Shown piece by piece: positions 24,963 to 32,462 of a DNA stretch of 32,462 bases. The notes under the pieces were generated by a model. That model was not told where the DNA came from. It did not search any database and saw only the letters and a list, made by a program, of their open reading frames with translations. Position numbers and translations under genes: made by a program. Origin of the DNA: a virus (taxonomy: Duplodnaviria > Caudoviricetes); the IMG/VR virus record IMGVR_UViG_3300022744_000075, positions 1-32,462 of that record; one strand, written 5' to 3'. Every line of letters starts with the position of its first letter. Position 1 is the stretch's first letter.

Positions 24963-25431
24963 GGACGGTCTCATGTACGGGGTGGACTTCGCCAAAGCAG
25001 CGAGGTCCGCAGGCGTTTATCTCGGCGACACCGAAGCCGTCGCGGTGCTGATGCAGTCCTTCATCGCGGCTCTTGCGGATGCCTATGGCGAAGGCGACGC
25101 CGCCAAGGTGACGCATCTTGCCGATGTGGAGGCGCTGCGCTTCGCCGGGCAGATGGACGGCTTCACGCCGATCCCTGATTGGGCGTCGCGCGAAAATCTC
25201 GGGCTCTACGCCGCCAAGCACTGGTCGCTGCAGCCGGATGGAGGGCTGGTCGAAATTCTGCGGGGCGTTTTCCTCATGGCCGCCTCCACGGTCGGGGACA
25301 TTATCATCGCCGCGCACGGTGGCGAAGCGGATGATCAGACGCAGTTTCGGATCGACATGCTGGTAGAGGCTTTGACCGCGACGATGACGAACACTTGGGA
25401 AATCGTCTATCCGCCAGAGGACGAAGCCTAA
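24949..25431 (+). CDS. Acidic helical hypothetical protein (possible antitoxin/chaperone of the ART)
   Basis: GGAGGT RBS; overlaps the ART gene end by 14 nt. Confidence 0.7.
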   Translation: MQTLEDGLMYGVDFAKAARSAGVYLGDTEAVAVLMQSFIAALADAYGEGDAAKVTHLADVEALRFAGQMDGFTPIPDWASRENLGLYAAKHWSLQPDGGLVEILRGVFLMAASTVGDIIIAAHGGEADDQTQFRIDMLVEALTATMTNTWEIVYPPEDEA

Positions 25432-25443
25432 ATTCCCCTCTTG

Positions 25444-25468
25444 TTGACTTGTCCTGTCGTGTTATAAC
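25444..25468 (+). promoter_or_regulatory. Possible promoter (extended -10) upstream of tRNA and capsid operon
   Basis: TGtTATAAC extended -10; TTGACT upstream, but spacing is only 13 nt. Confidence 0.4.
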
Positions 25469-25531
25469 CGAACGAACCGCGCAGGAGAGACGTATCAAGA
25501 ATTTGATATGCCGCTTCTGTGGGGCCTTCGC

Positions 25532-25606
25532 AGCCGGGGTAGAGCAGTCTGGTAGCTTGCTTGGCTCATAACCAAGAGGACGCGGGTTCAAATCCCGCCC
25601 CCGCTA
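25532..25606 (+). tRNA. tRNA-Met(CAU)-like, atypical (initiator-like scaffold, bulged acceptor stem, no encoded CCA)
   Basis: D arm GAGC AGTCTGGTA GCTT; anticodon arm CTTGG CTCATAA CCAAG; T arm GCGGG TTCAAAT CCCGC; acceptor AGC(C)GGGG/CCCCGCT. Confidence 0.8.
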
Positions 25607-25631
25607 CGAAGGTCAGATTTGTGGGGACGGC

Positions 25632-26030
25632 ATGAACTTCGGCGTTTCATTCCAGTTCGAAAAGTCTGGCACCACCGGGCGCTACGTGCGCGGGTGGGCT
25701 TCGGTCATCGAGGTTGCCGGAAAGCCGGTTGTCGACCTGCAAGGCGACCGCATTGCGATGGACGAACTCCGCAAGGCCGCTCATTCCTTCATCACAGACG
25801 CCCGCATCGCCAAGGCGATGCATGCCGGTTCCAAGGTCGGTGAGGTGGTCGAGAGCGTCGTCGTTGACGATGATTTCGTGAAAGCTATGGGCGCAACAAC
25901 CGACCGGCGCGGCTGGTGGATCGGCATGCAGATCACGTCCGAGGCGATTGCCAAGCGCATCCGCGACGGCGAACTGAAGGCGTTTTCCATCGGCGGGCGC
26001 GGGACGCGGACGAAGGTGGATAACAAATGA
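25632..26030 (+). CDS. XkdF-like prohead serine protease
   Basis: V.GWASV, VDLQGD, AMH (His), VVES, GWWIG, GELKAFSIGG (Ser). Confidence 0.92.
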   Translation: MNFGVSFQFEKSGTTGRYVRGWASVIEVAGKPVVDLQGDRIAMDELRKAAHSFITDARIAKAMHAGSKVGEVVESVVVDDDFVKAMGATTDRRGWWIGMQITSEAIAKRIRDGELKAFSIGGRGTRTKVDNK

Positions 26031-26947
26031 GCGGCGCGACGACCGATCTGAGCGACATGGTGATCGAGGAAATCAGCCTCGTTGACGAACCGGCAAGCCC
26101 GGGGGCGCATGTCGAAATCTTCAAGCGCGCGGGCGCGCAGGACGACACCTCCATGTCGGCAGCGGCGGTGATTGCCGCTGTTCTGAACGCCATGGAAGCC
26201 ATGTCGGACGAAATCATCACCAAGGCACTGACCGGGAGCGGCTCTGGCTCCGCCGATCAGTCGGAACTGGCGAAAGCCGTTTTCAACGAGGTTCTCATGG
26301 ATATCACCGAACTGAACAAGGCGCTGCAGGAAGCCGAAGATCGGATTGCGGCAGCCGAAGGCGCGATCACCAAGGCCAACGCCGACCACGCTGCCGAACT
26401 GGCCGCCAAGGATGATGAAATCGCCAAGCTGAATGGCGAAATCCAGAAGGGCAAGAAGAAGAAGGGTGACGGGGCCGACAAGGAGCCCGATGGCGACCCG
26501 GACGATGAGGAATTCATGAAGTCGCTGCCGGAAAGCATCCGCAAGCAGCTTGAGGAAGGCCGCGAGGCGAAGGTGGAACTCGCCAAGGCCCGCGAGAAGC
26601 AGGAACTGGACGCCGCCATTGCCAAGGCGAAAACGCTGGGCTCCGGCGATCCGGAAGTGATCGGGCCTCTGCTGCTGCGCGTTCGCAAGGGCATGACGAC
26701 CGAGGCCGATGCATCGGCTCTGGAAACCCTTCTGAAGTCGACCGCCAAGATCGTGGACGCTTCGAACCTGTTTCGCGTTGCCGGGGCTGGTGGCGGGGGC
26801 GCGGAAGCCGAGCCCGATGCCATCATGAAGGCGAAGGCGGAAGATATCTTCAAGGCCGCCAACGGTGGGCTGACCAAAGAGCAGGCGTACACGCAAGCCT
26901 GCAACGAAAACCCGCAAATCTATGATCAGATCGCCAAGCGGCGCTGA
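26027..26947 (+). CDS. Capsid scaffolding protein with N-terminal protease-derived segment
   Basis: N-terminal EEISLVDEPAS; coiled-coil, acidic; many hydrophobic-x-K-A/S sites; lies between protease and capsid genes. Confidence 0.8.
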   Translation: MSGATTDLSDMVIEEISLVDEPASPGAHVEIFKRAGAQDDTSMSAAAVIAAVLNAMEAMSDEIITKALTGSGSGSADQSELAKAVFNEVLMDITELNKALQEAEDRIAAAEGAITKANADHAAELAAKDDEIAKLNGEIQKGKKKKGDGADKEPDGDPDDEEFMKSLPESIRKQLEEGREAKVELAKAREKQELDAAIAKAKTLGSGDPEVIGPLLLRVRKGMTTEADASALETLLKSTAKIVDASNLFRVAGAGGGGAEAEPDAIMKAKAEDIFKAANGGLTKEQAYTQACNENPQIYDQIAKRR

Positions 26948-26965
26948 TCCTGCAAGGAGCAAGAC

Positions 26966-27334
26966 ATGGCGACCTCCGCTATCCTTCAAACCGTCACCGG
27001 CGTTGCTGGCGCTGATCTGTCGAGCAGCCAGTTCCTCGTTGTGAAGCAGAACTCGTCGGCGCAGATCGTGCTGGCCGGTGCCTCGGACACCACGCAAGTG
27101 GGCGTTCTGCAAGACAAGCCCGCTTCCGGCAAGGCCGGGTGCGTTGCCGTGAGCGGCCTGACCAAGGCTGTTGCCGGTGCTGCCGTCACTGCCGGTGTGG
27201 CGGTTACCTCTGACGCGAGCGGGAAGGTGATCGCTGCCACCACTGGCAAGAAGATCATCGGCTACGCGTGGACTGCCGCCGCTGGTGCGAACGAAATCAT
27301 CTCGGTTCTGCTTCTGCCCGCCGGGCTGGCCTGA
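26966..27334 (+). CDS. Capsid cement/decoration protein (DUF2190-like)
   Basis: AGADL...VGVLQDKP...AGAAVTAG..VTSDASGK...AAAGANEIISVLL. Confidence 0.85.
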   Translation: MATSAILQTVTGVAGADLSSSQFLVVKQNSSAQIVLAGASDTTQVGVLQDKPASGKAGCVAVSGLTKAVAGAAVTAGVAVTSDASGKVIAATTGKKIIGYAWTAAAGANEIISVLLLPAGLA

Positions 27335-27365
27335 TCCGTCACCAATCGAATAGGAGTTCACCAAG

Positions 27366-28352
27366 ATGCAACCCACCGCTGGCGACGTTCACGTCAACGC
27401 GCCCCTCACCAACATCAGCATCGCGTACATGCAAAGCGCGGACGCCTTCATCGCGTCCCGCGTTTTCCCCAATGTCCCGGTGATGAAGCAGTCCGACCGC
27501 TACTACACCTACGACCGTGGTGCGTTCAATCGCGACGAAATGAAGCCCCGCGCGCCCGGCACCGAAAGCAACGGTGGCGGCTACACGCTGGACAACACCC
27601 CGACCTACTTCTGCAACACTTACGGCTTTCACAAGGACATTCCGGACGCCGTCCGGGCGAACGCCGACAGTATGCTGAACATCGAGCGGGACGCGTCCGA
27701 GTACGTGGCACTGAAGGCGCTGCTGCTGAAGGAAAAGGCGTTCGTTTCGAACTTCTTTACCACCGGCAAATGGACGACCGACGTGACCGGCGTGTCTTCG
27801 GGCCCGACCGGCGCGCAGTTCCTGCAATGGAACGATGCGAACGCCGACCCGATCATCGACGTCCGCAAGGGCAAGCGCACCGTTCGCCAGCTTACCGGCT
27901 TTGAGCCTAACAAGCTGACGCTGGGCCGCGCGACCTATGATGCGCTTCTGGATCACCCGGATATCATCGACCGCATCAAGTACGGCCAGACGCAGGGCGG
28001 CCCGGCGAAAGCCTCGTCGCAACTGCTGGCCCAACTGTTCGAAGTCGATGAAGTTCTGGTGATGAACGCCATCGAAAACACCGCCGCCGAAGGCGCGACG
28101 GCATCGCACTCGTTCATCGGCGGCAAGGCGGCTCTGCTGACCTTCACGCCGCCGACCCCGGGCCTGATGACCCCGGCGGCTGGCTACACGTTCTCGTGGA
28201 CCGGCCTGATGGGTGCTGGCGCTCTTGGCGGGCGTATCCGCATGTTCCGCATCGAAACGCTCCAATCGGATCGCGTGGAAATCGACCTGAGTTTCGACAT
28301 GAAACTGGTCGGGCCCGACCTCGGGTACTTCTTCGCCTCGGCTGTCGCCTGA
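27366..28352 (+). CDS. Major capsid protein (lambda E-like family)
   Basis: DVHVNAPLTNISIAY, FIASRVFPNVPV, DPIIDV...TGFEPNKLTLG, LLDHPDI, GYTF, LGYFF; followed by terminator. Confidence 0.92.
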   Translation: MQPTAGDVHVNAPLTNISIAYMQSADAFIASRVFPNVPVMKQSDRYYTYDRGAFNRDEMKPRAPGTESNGGGYTLDNTPTYFCNTYGFHKDIPDAVRANADSMLNIERDASEYVALKALLLKEKAFVSNFFTTGKWTTDVTGVSSGPTGAQFLQWNDANADPIIDVRKGKRTVRQLTGFEPNKLTLGRATYDALLDHPDIIDRIKYGQTQGGPAKASSQLLAQLFEVDEVLVMNAIENTAAEGATASHSFIGGKAALLTFTPPTPGLMTPAAGYTFSWTGLMGAGALGGRIRMFRIETLQSDRVEIDLSFDMKLVGPDLGYFFASAVA

Positions 28353-28367
28353 TCCGGGTGACGCTTG

Positions 28368-28399
28368 GCCGGGCCTTCGGGCCCGGCTATTCTTCTTCT
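28368..28399 (+). terminator. Rho-independent terminator after capsid gene
   Basis: GCCGGGCC-TTCG-GGCCCGGC stem with C(UUCG)G loop followed by TATTCTTCTTCT. Confidence 0.75.
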
Positions 28400-28417
28400 C
28401 GCATAGTGAGCCACGCC

Positions 28418-28834
28418 ATGCCGCGTTCGCAGATGCCTCTCCCCTTCAACCCGCAAGCCGAATATCACGCCGTGCGGGCGCTTACCCTCGCCAGCCGCGA
28501 GTACAAGCCCGGGGACAAGATTGACCCGACCGGCCTGACGGAACGTACCATGCGGAACCTGCATGCCGCTCGCCGCATCGCGGAGGGTCGCATTGTCGCA
28601 CGGATCGCTCCGGCGGCAGAAACGGACGCTCCGCCGCTGACGGGCGTCTCTGGCAGTGGTGGGACCAGCCATGCGCCAAGCCCCGCCGGGACCGTCAAGC
28701 CGCGCCACGTGGTGAAGCGGGCCGGTCTCGGCGGTTTCAAGGTCATCGGCCCCGGCGGGCAGATTGTCGGGGACAGCTATCCCGACCACGCCTCCGCGCT
28801 GGCGGCTGCCAAGGCACTGAACGGTTCGAATTGA
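28418..28834 (+). CDS. Hypothetical head-associated protein
   Basis: Position after MCP; REYKPGDKID motif typical of such small proteins. Confidence 0.65.
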   Translation: MPRSQMPLPFNPQAEYHAVRALTLASREYKPGDKIDPTGLTERTMRNLHAARRIAEGRIVARIAPAAETDAPPLTGVSGSGGTSHAPSPAGTVKPRHVVKRAGLGGFKVIGPGGQIVGDSYPDHASALAAAKALNGSN

Positions 28835-28844
28835 GGGCCCCTGA

Positions 28845-29402
28845 ATGACGCTGATTGTCGAGGATGGAACGGGACGCAGCGACGCCGAGGCATATGCTTC
28901 GGTGGCCGCGTTCAAGACGTCTTGCGACAATCTTGGCCGCTCCTACGTCGGGATCACCGATGCGGTCATTGAGCAGAAGCTTCGTATCGGGGCTCTGTTC
29001 ATCGATACGTCCGCCCGCTACAAGGGCGCTCGCTTGGTTTCCACGCAGGCGCGGGAGTTTCCCCGCTCTGGCCTCTACGACTGGTCGGGGATTGAAGTCA
29101 CCGGCCTGCCCGCCCGCGTCGCGCTGGCGAACATCGAACTCGCGTTCAAGGCGCTGACAGATGACCTGATGCCCGACCTTGATCGGGGCGGGAAAATCCA
29201 GTCGGAAAGCGTCGGCCCGATTTCCGTCACTTATGCGGCGGACGCTCCCGCTGGCCGCGCCTACACGATGGCGCAGAACCTGCTTGGTCAATACGTTCGC
29301 ACTGATGGTGACATGATGACCGCGCCGTCTCTGGCGACCACGGATGACGCATCGTTCTCGATGGCTATGCATGACACCACCGACCCGCTGACAAGCACGT
29401 AA
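28845..29402 (+). CDS. Head-tail connector (so-called DnaT-like family)
   Basis: MTLIVEDGTG..DAEAYASVA, YKG.R....Q..EFPR, ESVGPISVTYA. Confidence 0.85.
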   Translation: MTLIVEDGTGRSDAEAYASVAAFKTSCDNLGRSYVGITDAVIEQKLRIGALFIDTSARYKGARLVSTQAREFPRSGLYDWSGIEVTGLPARVALANIELAFKALTDDLMPDLDRGGKIQSESVGPISVTYAADAPAGRAYTMAQNLLGQYVRTDGDMMTAPSLATTDDASFSMAMHDTTDPLTST

Positions 29403-29412
29403 GAGGACGCCG

Positions 29413-29784
29413 ATGGGCAAGTATGCGTCCGCTCAAGACACCGCCGCCGCGCTCGTTGAGCGGCGCGGGGCCGCGACCACGGTAACCCGGCAGGTTCCCG
29501 GCACGTTTGACCCCATCACACAGGCCGAAATCGGGGCAACGGAAGCGGTCACCACGTTTCAGGCGGTGTGCATCCCGCCGACCGCGCAAGGCCGCTTTGT
29601 GGCCAACTCCCTGCAAAAGCAGATCGCCTTGGAGGGATACTTCGCGCTCAAGGGCCAGACTACGCATCCGGAGCCACTGGACGTGGTGACTTGGGCTGGG
29701 CAGCCTTACGTGGTTTTCCACACGCAAGTCTATGATCCCGCCGGGGATGGGGCTATTCTGGCAATCGTCTACATGGAGCGGTGA
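29413..29784 (+). CDS. Head closure / head-tail joining protein
   Basis: Y...TA..L..R.G...T..R...G.FDP.T pattern; synteny. Confidence 0.7.
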   Translation: MGKYASAQDTAAALVERRGAATTVTRQVPGTFDPITQAEIGATEAVTTFQAVCIPPTAQGRFVANSLQKQIALEGYFALKGQTTHPEPLDVVTWAGQPYVVFHTQVYDPAGDGAILAIVYMER

Positions 29785-29786
29785 CG

Positions 29787-30236
29787 ATGGCTGGCCCGAC
29801 CGCAAAACAGTTTGAGGCGCAAGTGGACCAATGGGTCCGCGATGTTCCGGGCAAGCTTGAAGCTTTCGCTCGGCAGGTTTGCTATGAGACGGCGTTTCGC
29901 GTGGTGCAGGCGACCCCCGTTGTCGTCGGTTTTCTGCGCGGATCGTGGCAGCCGTCCATCGGGGCTCCGCAAGCTGTCCCGACTGCATCCGCCGATGCGA
30001 GCGGCGCAAAGGCAATGGCATCTGTCGGGCTGGTGATCGCCAATCTGAAACTCGGCGACACCTTCCACATGTTCAACAACGCCGCATACGCGCTTCGCGT
30101 CGAGTTCGGCTTTGTCGGAGACGACAGTCTTGGCCGCACCTACAATCAGCAGGGGCGTTTCTACGTGACAGGAACACTCGCTTCGTGGCAGGACATTTGC
30201 ACCCATGTGGCGAATGATCTGAAGGGCAAGGCATGA
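29787..30236 (+). CDS. HK97 gp10-like neck/tail completion protein
   Basis: TPVVVGFLRGSW, NNAAYALRVEFG. Confidence 0.8.
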   Translation: MAGPTAKQFEAQVDQWVRDVPGKLEAFARQVCYETAFRVVQATPVVVGFLRGSWQPSIGAPQAVPTASADASGAKAMASVGLVIANLKLGDTFHMFNNAAYALRVEFGFVGDDSLGRTYNQQGRFYVTGTLASWQDICTHVANDLKGKA

Positions 30237-30660
30237 GTGACGGCATCGAGGTTTTCTTTCAGGATATCCGTTCGGCCTTCCGAACGGCCCTGATGGGCAT
30301 TGCCGGGCTTCCGTCTGAAATCGAATGGGAGGGCCGCCCGTTCACGCCGCCCGCGACCGGCCCGTTCATGCGCGAAAACCTTGTCCCTGTTGGAACGCTG
30401 ACCCGTGGCGGCGGGCCCAACGGCCTGCTGCAGCACCGCGTCATGCTGGCGGTGAACCTGTTCTATCCTTCTGGCTCCGGCACCCTCGATGCAGAGGCGG
30501 CTGCCGGGAAACTGCTTCGGCTTTCAGGCCCGGGACGTCCATCCAGCACGGCTCCGCATCCGCGACCGTGCAGGAAGTCGCCCGGCAAAGGCTCCTGCAA
30601 GAGACCGACTATTTGAATTGCCCCGTGACGATCACAGCGATTGGCTATACCGTCACCTGA
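30233..30660 (+). pseudogene. Tail terminator-like protein (DUF4128-like) interrupted by a 1-nt frameshift near 30517
   Basis: N-part IEWEGRPFTPP...VNLFYPSGSG...AAAGKLL continues in the -1 frame as SAFRPGTSI...PVTI; may be a sequencing error. Confidence 0.7.
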
Positions 30661-30693
30661 GCATCACCCTTGGCCTAGAAGGAGAGACTTTCT

Positions 30694-31908
30694 ATGTCCG
30701 TCCAACCCAACGTCAACGTGGGCCTCGCTTACAAGGTGGAAACCACCTTCGGCGTGGCTCCCGCAGCTTCTGGCGCGCAGTATCTGCGCCGTGTTTCGTC
30801 CACCCTTGGCCCGGTCAAGGACACGTTCGAAAGTCAGGAAGTCCGCCAAGACCTGCAAGTCTACGACATGCGCCACGGCATGCGGCAGGCTCGCGGGAAC
30901 ATCAGCGGCGAACTGTCCACCGCGACCTATGACGACCTTCTGGAAGCCGCGCTGCGCGGCACTTGGGCGGCGGGTGTTTCGGTGGCCCCCGCCGACTTCG
31001 CTACCGGCGTGACCGTCGCCACCCCGGGCACCACGTCCACGCTGACGTTTGCGGGCGCTGGCAACCTGATCACCAAGGGCTTCAAGGTCGGCGATATCGT
31101 CCGCACCACGGGTTTCACCAACCCGGCGAACAACTCGACCACTTGCGGCAACCTCCGCATCGTCGCGCTGACGTCGACCGTCATGACGGTCTATCCGGCG
31201 ATTACCGCTGCGGCGCAGCAGGCGGCTGGATGGTCGGTTGCGGTCCCGGGCAAGAAACTGCAGTTCGGCACCACCAAGCGGTCCTTCACCTTCGAACACA
31301 ACATGAACGATGCTCTGGTGTTCGACCGCTACAGCGGTGTCCGCGTCAACGGCTTCCGTCTCGGTGCTGCGCCGAACGGCATGTCGAACATCGACTTCGA
31401 ACTGATCGGGCAAAGCTTCACTATCGGCACGGCGACGCAGTATTTCACCACGCCGACCGCTGAAACCACCACCGGCCTCTTGTCGGCGGTTGACGGCTTC
31501 ATTCGCCTGAACGGCGAGGAACAGGGCGTGGTGACCCAGCTTCAACTCGACTTCACCAACAACTGCTCCAATGCCCCGGTGATCGGCACCAATATCTCGC
31601 CGGAAATCTACTACGGGCGCATGAAAATGTCGGGATCGGTCACGGCGTACCTTGAGGACGCCGACCTGATCAACGTGTTCGTGAACGAGAGCGAAGTCGA
31701 TCTGGTGGCCACGCTGGAAGCCTCGGGCGCGGCCCCGCAGGATTTCCTGTCGTTCTCGATCCAGCGCCTGAAGTTCCAGACGCCGTCGCGCACCATCGGG
31801 GCCGAGGGCGGGGTGGTTGCCACCTTCCCGTTCCAAGCCCTGCTGAAACCGGGCGGCACCGGCACGGTGTACGATCAGACCACCATGGTCATCAACCGCT
31901 CCAACTGA
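30694..31908 (+). CDS. Major tail tube protein
   Basis: LAYKVETTFGVAP, ESQEVR.D.Q, G.ISGELS, RSFTFE, YSGVRVN, SGSVTAY. Confidence 0.9.
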   Translation: MSVQPNVNVGLAYKVETTFGVAPAASGAQYLRRVSSTLGPVKDTFESQEVRQDLQVYDMRHGMRQARGNISGELSTATYDDLLEAALRGTWAAGVSVAPADFATGVTVATPGTTSTLTFAGAGNLITKGFKVGDIVRTTGFTNPANNSTTCGNLRIVALTSTVMTVYPAITAAAQQAAGWSVAVPGKKLQFGTTKRSFTFEHNMNDALVFDRYSGVRVNGFRLGAAPNGMSNIDFELIGQSFTIGTATQYFTTPTAETTTGLLSAVDGFIRLNGEEQGVVTQLQLDFTNNCSNAPVIGTNISPEIYYGRMKMSGSVTAYLEDADLINVFVNESEVDLVATLEASGAAPQDFLSFSIQRLKFQTPSRTIGAEGGVVATFPFQALLKPGGTGTVYDQTTMVINRSN

Positions 31909-31927
31909 CGGTTGATCCTGACAATCT

Positions 31928-31963
31928 GGCCGCGCCGAATGACCACGGCGCGGCCTTCCTTCT
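31928..31963 (+). terminator. Probable terminator after tail tube gene
   Basis: GGCCGCGCCG / CGGCGCGGCC 10-bp stem followed by TTCCTTCT. Confidence 0.6.
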
Positions 31964-31980
31964 GAAACCGGAGACGAGAT

Positions 31981-32412
31981 ATGGACTTCAACATTCCTTC
32001 CGCCGACACACTCACGATGTCCGAGGCTGGCACCGAAATGCATGTGCGTGATGCGCTGGGTCGCCCGATCCTTCTGGATGGCAAGCAGGACCATCCGTTC
32101 TGCATCACCATGATGGGGCCCGACAGCGTCGCGTACCGGCGCGGCATGCGCGATCAGGTTCGCAAGCGGGTTTCGCGGCCAGCCAACGACCCGGCAACCG
32201 GCCTGCCCATCGACTATTCCGCCGACGACGAACGGGAGAGCATCGAGACGATGGTCGCCTGCACGATTTCGTGGCGGAATTGCCCCGGCGTGAAGGGGAC
32301 TGTCCCGTTCTCGAAAGAGGCGGCTCGGGCGCTCTATACCGGGTTCCCGGTCATCCGCGATCAGGTCGACGTCTGGATGGCGACCCGGGCAAATTTCATC
32401 AAGGCATCGTAA
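31981..32412 (+). CDS. Tail assembly chaperone
   Basis: Follows tail tube; I...GPDS..YR, CTISWRN, FSKEAA..LY...P.IRDQV...RANF. Confidence 0.85.
   Translation: MDFNIPSADTLTMSEAGTEMHVRDALGRPILLDGKQDHPFCITMMGPDSVAYRRGMRDQVRKRVSRPANDPATGLPIDYSADDERESIETMVACTISWRNCPGVKGTVPFSKEAARALYTGFPVIRDQVDVWMATRANFIKAS
32391..32397 (+). other. -1 ribosomal frameshift heptamer A AAT TTC
   Basis: In-frame X XXY YYZ at the chaperone 3' end; -1 frame stays open to the window end. Confidence 0.75.
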
Positions 32413-32462
32413 CCGGCCTGCTGGCCTATGGGCAGCACCAGTTCACGATGCAGCAAGACGCT

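Noticed and set aside
25532-25606. tRNA as a prophage attachment site
   Set aside because: Phage morphogenesis genes continue on both sides; no integrase or duplicated 3' end in the window
28845-29402. DnaT-like protein as a replication factor
   Set aside because: Position between capsid and neck genes indicates a head-tail connector despite the family name
30506-30512. GGGAAAC as a programmed -1 slippery site in the tail terminator
   Set aside because: It is read GGG AAA C in the zero frame, the wrong phase for a canonical -1 slip; a 1-nt deletion explains the break better

Overview
GC-rich segment of a long non-contractile-tailed (siphovirus-type) phage or prophage, most likely of an alphaproteobacterium. 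No integrase, att site or host genes are visible. Order: DUF1376/YdaU replication initiator; a leftward early operon (conserved hypothetical, HNH endonuclease, DUF932) containing a complete type II hammerhead ribozyme; ParB-fused DNA methyltransferase, small membrane protein and TIGR02594 peptidoglycan hydrolase; a leftward array of small helical proteins; terS, terL and portal. About 14 kb then separates portal from protease. It holds a putative fibre module, an inverted HTH/membrane-protein moron, a MuF protein and a putative head-packaged effector cassette (NUDIX protein, 1327-aa kinase plus ADP-ribosyltransferase polyvalent protein, possible antitoxin). After that come an atypical tRNA(CAU), XkdF-type protease, scaffold, cement protein, major capsid protein, neck genes, a frameshifted tail terminator, tail tube and a tail assembly chaperone with a -1 slippery site. 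Most notable: (1) the effector cassette with candidate capsid-loading signals, including a 7-aa/21-nt exact copy of the capsid protein N-terminus; (2) the hammerhead ribozyme; (3) a palindromic operator at four leftward promoters. All family assignments come from motif recognition by eye, not from database searches.
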